This document shows, piece after piece, positions 60,922-64,000 of a stretch of DNA of 64,000 nt. Under the pieces are notes generated by a model. That model made no database searches, had not been told where the DNA came from, and worked only from the letters and a program-made list of their open reading frames with translations. The stretch is from NCBI GenBank assembly GCA_038245295.1, contig JBBRSP010000005.1:96001-160000 (forward strand), in the 5' to 3' direction. The position numbers were made by a program, and so were the translations under genes. Source of the stretch: Candidatus Binatia bacterium. Its GTDB lineage: Bacteria; Desulfobacterota; Binatia; HRBIN30. The number at the start of each line of letters is the position of its first letter. The stretch's first letter is position 1.

Positions 60922-60962
60922 CTGGCTTGAAACAACACATGCGAGCCACCAATCCAAGCCCA

Positions 60963-61021
60963 TGGGAGCGCCGGTCTCCAGACCGGCCGTCTCTTGGAGC
61001 GCAGCCCCCGGGAGCGCCGGT
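60963..61021. repeat. GGAG-type REP-like palindromes
   Basis: tgggagcgccggtctccagaccggc and a second gggagcgccggt. Confidence 0.6.
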
Positions 61022-61084
61022 GTTCCTCCGCCTTCCGCCGCCGCCCTCGCCCTCGCCTCCGTTCAGTGCCGTTCGAGCGAGAAC

Positions 61085-61197
61085 AACCGATGATGGAAAA
61101 TTTCGAATGGAGAATGGAGGACCGGTCGAGGCGCTTGCGTACCGCCTACGATCGACCGGTTCTCCATCCCCGGTTCGAAATTCTCGATTTGCCGGTT
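61085..61197. repeat. Long imperfect inverted repeat with heptamer-like arms
   Basis: aatttcgaatggagaatggaggaccggtcga ... tcgaccggttctccat..ttcgaaatt. Confidence 0.65.
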
Positions 61198-61638
61198 GCT
61201 CGAGTTGCTCGCCCCCGGCGCGCCGGGGGCCGGCATGGCCCTCAAATTCCCACCCAAACAAGTCAACATGACCTGCATCGCCGGCGGCGATGCGGAGTGC
61301 GCCTGCAAGGAAGACGTTGGGAAGGACTCAAAGGACTGATGGGAGCGGCTGGGTAGCCGGACGGGGCAAGCTCGACGTTCGGCTCACGGTTGGTCACTCG
61401 CCAGATGGAGGGCGTCGAGCGGCTTGAAAGAAACCGGTCGACGGGCGACGCGCCAGCCCATCGTACCAGCTCCCAATCACTTGCCGTGGCGCTCAAGTGG
61501 ACGCGGGCGATGTCGGGCGGGAAAATGCCGGCTGCCTTGCTCCGTGCGTCGGTGATCGCCGCGTTGATTCGCGTCGGTTTCGCCAGCCCCTTGAAATCGG
61601 ACATTGTCAATCAAGTTTCCATGGGGTATTCGTGACAC

Positions 61639-61920
61639 GTGCAGTTCGAGTGGGATCCGGCCAAGGAGCGCGAAAATCGCCTGCGGCACGGAGTCGCCTT
61701 CGATCTGGCTTCGAGTGTGTTCGACGACCCTGACTTGGTGCTCGCCGAGGATTCAGCGCATAGCGCCACCGAGCGTCGCTACTTCGCCTTTGGCGAAGCG
61801 GGCAGCGGGATCCTGACAGTGCGTTTCACCGTTCGCGGCGAAAGGATTCGTATCATCGGTGCGGGATACTGGCGCAAAGGAAGAGACTTCTATGAAAAAG
61901 CGAATCGAATACACCGATGA
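61639..61920 (+). CDS. BrnT family toxin (RelE-like RNase)
   Basis: FEWDPAK...N...HGV.F, VFDD, HS.TERR, VRFTVRG.RIRII. Confidence 0.92.
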   Translation: MQFEWDPAKERENRLRHGVAFDLASSVFDDPDLVLAEDSAHSATERRYFAFGEAGSGILTVRFTVRGERIRIIGAGYWRKGRDFYEKANRIHR

Positions 61921-62125
61921 ACCGATGACGATCGGCCGGGTCGTCAGCCGCGACATCCTGCCTGGGCACGGTGGTGCACGCTCCGGTGCCGGTCGTCCGC
62001 CCTCCGGCAAAAGTCCGCTGACGCTTCGACTTCCGCCCAAGCTGATCGAGGTGGTGCGACGCCAGGCGCGGAAGGCCGGGCAATCCGTATCGGACTTCGT
62101 CGCCGCCAAGCTGCAGGGCAGCTGA
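61892..62125 (+). CDS. Putative antitoxin with C-terminal ribbon-helix-helix (BrnA/CopG-like)
   Basis: Overlaps the toxin stop. MKKRIEYTDEP, GGARSGAGRPP, LTLRLP..L...VR..A...G.SVSDFV. Confidence 0.8.
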   Translation: MKKRIEYTDEPMTIGRVVSRDILPGHGGARSGAGRPPSGKSPLTLRLPPKLIEVVRRQARKAGQSVSDFVAAKLQGS

Positions 62126-62129
62126 GTAG

Positions 62130-62576
62130 TTGCCCATCGAAGCCCCTGAGCACGTCCGAGTGCACGGGAGGTATCGTCTATTCGGGCGATTCTCCTGCGA
62201 GCTGAAGTCGGCACGCCGACGGACAGGCCCCGAGGGCGGAGAAACGAGCTGCGTCCTCGTTCCCGAGCCGCATCCGGCGGGCAGGAGAATCGCGAGAACC
62301 GCGTCCGCGTCCCTAAATCGCTCCGGTCACGTTATCGCAGTCGACTGGGACGGTCGACTCAGTGACCTCTACGATTTCAGCGCCGAGGCGACCGCGCCGA
62401 TATTCTCGACGATTCCATACGCGGCAATCGTGCAGCTCGGGTTCAGCGGGGGTGCCCCCGCTGGATCGATATTTAAAGACACATTCTCCTTTTCCTTGAC
62501 CGCCCCCGACGACACCCGGCTGGAGTGTCCGGGGCTGTACCTCGGAGTCGAGCCGCCAGCGGGGGACCTCCTCTAG
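62130..62576 (+). CDS. Hypothetical ORF, possibly a fragment
   Basis: 148 aa ORF with no recognised motif. Confidence 0.3.
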   Translation: MPIEAPEHVRVHGRYRLFGRFSCELKSARRRTGPEGGETSCVLVPEPHPAGRRIARTASASLNRSGHVIAVDWDGRLSDLYDFSAEATAPIFSTIPYAAIVQLGFSGGAPAGSIFKDTFSFSLTAPDDTRLECPGLYLGVEPPAGDLL

Positions 62577-62578
62577 AA

Positions 62579-63892
62579 ATGGACCGTACGCCGTTCATAG
62601 GGATTGTGGCGCATTTGGGCCTTGTGCTGCTGGCCCCACCATTATTCGCACATGCCGCTCCTGGGAGTGACGCGACTCATCGACTGCAGGGGCAATCAGT
62701 AGAGAGGTCGATGCAAGTCGTCGAGACTGAGCACTGGGAAGCGCCCACGATCCCATCGCGGTGGCATGTGGGCAAAGCTGCTGTTGAAAGTGAACGGCAA
62801 GCCGGAGAGGTCTCGCGTAAGGTGGCTGAGGCGCTGTTGGACTCAGTCGAGCGAGAGGCTTTAGTGATGCCTGAGGTTTCGGGAGAAGCGCTCCTTAGAC
62901 GAGCGAGCCGGCTACTCGACCTAGCATACTGGGTCGGCGAAACGGACGGCTACGGAAATCAGGTGCTGGCGACTAGAGCCGTGGGAATCGCAGCGACGGC
63001 TCTTGCACGTCTGGTGGCTGACACGTCGTTCGACTTAGGGCGAGTGAGGGTAGAATTGGGTCGTTGTCGACCTCCTTTCGACGCCCCCAGCCGTCGAGCC
63101 AAGGTCATGAACATCGAGTTGGGGCGAGATGCTCTACCGACGGACAGGATTTCAACCGATGCAGAGTTGCAGATGGTCTGGCGCGATCACGCTTTGGCGG
63201 CTTTGGCAGCGTACAACGCGGTGAAGACGGCCCAACCAGGTCTGCCTACCGACAGAACTCTAAGGACGCAACAAAATAGGAACGACACTCCTACGAGTAC
63301 TGATCGCGTTTCTACCGCGGACTCTGTTTCCGATAGCGCTTTTCGAGGGGATGCGTTTGATTGGTGTCCTAAACCGCAAACGACACGCCGTTGCTGGGAA
63401 CACGGTAGGCATACTGAAGTTCTTGCGACGACACGCCCAGTAGGAAGAGTGATCCGTGCGGAAGCGCTGTTGTTGGTGCGAGACAAGCTCGGGGGGTTTC
63501 CTGAGGTTCGCGATACGGTCGATGACGAGGCTGTCCTTTCCGGGGCTCAGCGTGCCTTTCGAACGGCGCTGCGCCTTAACGTTGGTTTGGGTTTGTCGAG
63601 CCAGGCTTTGCTCGCGGGTGACACATACGACCAGATTCGCGCGGGTCGATACGTGGACTATGACAGCGAACTCGCGAGGCAATGGGAGCGGCGGCAGGAA
63701 GGAACAACTGGGAGTTCCCCTGGTGCATCGACAAGTCCGTTGGTCGTTCCACGGGCGGTGGACGTTCCCACTCCGACCGTACCGGAGCCGACGGCCGCTG
63801 GTAGTACTACGACAAACAACGGTGTGCTGGCGGCCTGTCTTGCGATCGCGGTGCTGCTGCTCGTCTTCGGATCGAGGAAATTCGAGTGGTGA
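62579..63892 (+). CDS. Orphan exported protein with signal peptide and C-terminal membrane anchor
   Basis: Signal MDRTPFIGIVAHLGLVLLAPPLFAHA; Thr/Pro linker with VPEPT; TM GVLAACLAIAVLLLVF followed by RK. Many A/T-ending codons. Confidence 0.7.
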   Translation: MDRTPFIGIVAHLGLVLLAPPLFAHAAPGSDATHRLQGQSVERSMQVVETEHWEAPTIPSRWHVGKAAVESERQAGEVSRKVAEALLDSVEREALVMPEVSGEALLRRASRLLDLAYWVGETDGYGNQVLATRAVGIAATALARLVADTSFDLGRVRVELGRCRPPFDAPSRRAKVMNIELGRDALPTDRISTDAELQMVWRDHALAALAAYNAVKTAQPGLPTDRTLRTQQNRNDTPTSTDRVSTADSVSDSAFRGDAFDWCPKPQTTRRCWEHGRHTEVLATTRPVGRVIRAEALLLVRDKLGGFPEVRDTVDDEAVLSGAQRAFRTALRLNVGLGLSSQALLAGDTYDQIRAGRYVDYDSELARQWERRQEGTTGSSPGASTSPLVVPRAVDVPTPTVPEPTAAGSTTTNNGVLAACLAIAVLLLVFGSRKFEW

Positions 63893-64000
63893 AGCTTCCA
63901 AATTGGTCGCCGGGAGTGACTCTCCGGGACCAACAATGCCTCGGAAGTGCAAGTAATTGTCCTGGACGGAGGCAGCGAGTCAACCGGACACAACGGCCCA

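Noticed and set aside
61263..61610. 115-aa minus-strand ORF upstream of brnT
   Set aside because: No recognisable motif or clear RBS; cannot be supported as a gene.

Overview
High-GC bacterial chromosomal window, mostly housekeeping and metabolic genes. The gene orders (mutS...amiC-glnD-xerD; pheA-hisC-tyrA-aroA-cmk-rpsA-ihfB) and a secreted protein with a C-terminal CxGDC dockerin-like module suggest a deltaproteobacterium-like organism, possibly Ca. Binatia/Binatota (inference only). There are three accessory stretches. (i) About 8.1-14.9 kb holds a standalone GHKL ATPase, a nucleotidyltransferase/small-partner pair, three gene remnants (DUF4160-like, RAYT-like, YciI-like) and palindromic elements. 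(ii) 16.5-25.6 kb holds a wHTH-STAND regulator divergent from an HTHP heme-protein gene, and a YceI-type III PKS-FAD oxidoreductase-ABC exporter operon. (iii) 59.8-64 kb has about 1.9 kb of apparently non-coding DNA with an AT-richer 82-bp tandem array of hairpin-forming units plus an inverted copy, followed by a BrnT/BrnA-like TA pair and orphan ORFs. Intergenic spaces contain several REP/MITE-like families. I found no rRNA, tRNA, CRISPR array, cas gene or intact transposase. The 82-bp array is the most unexplained feature. All product calls come from motif recognition by eye; no database search was run.
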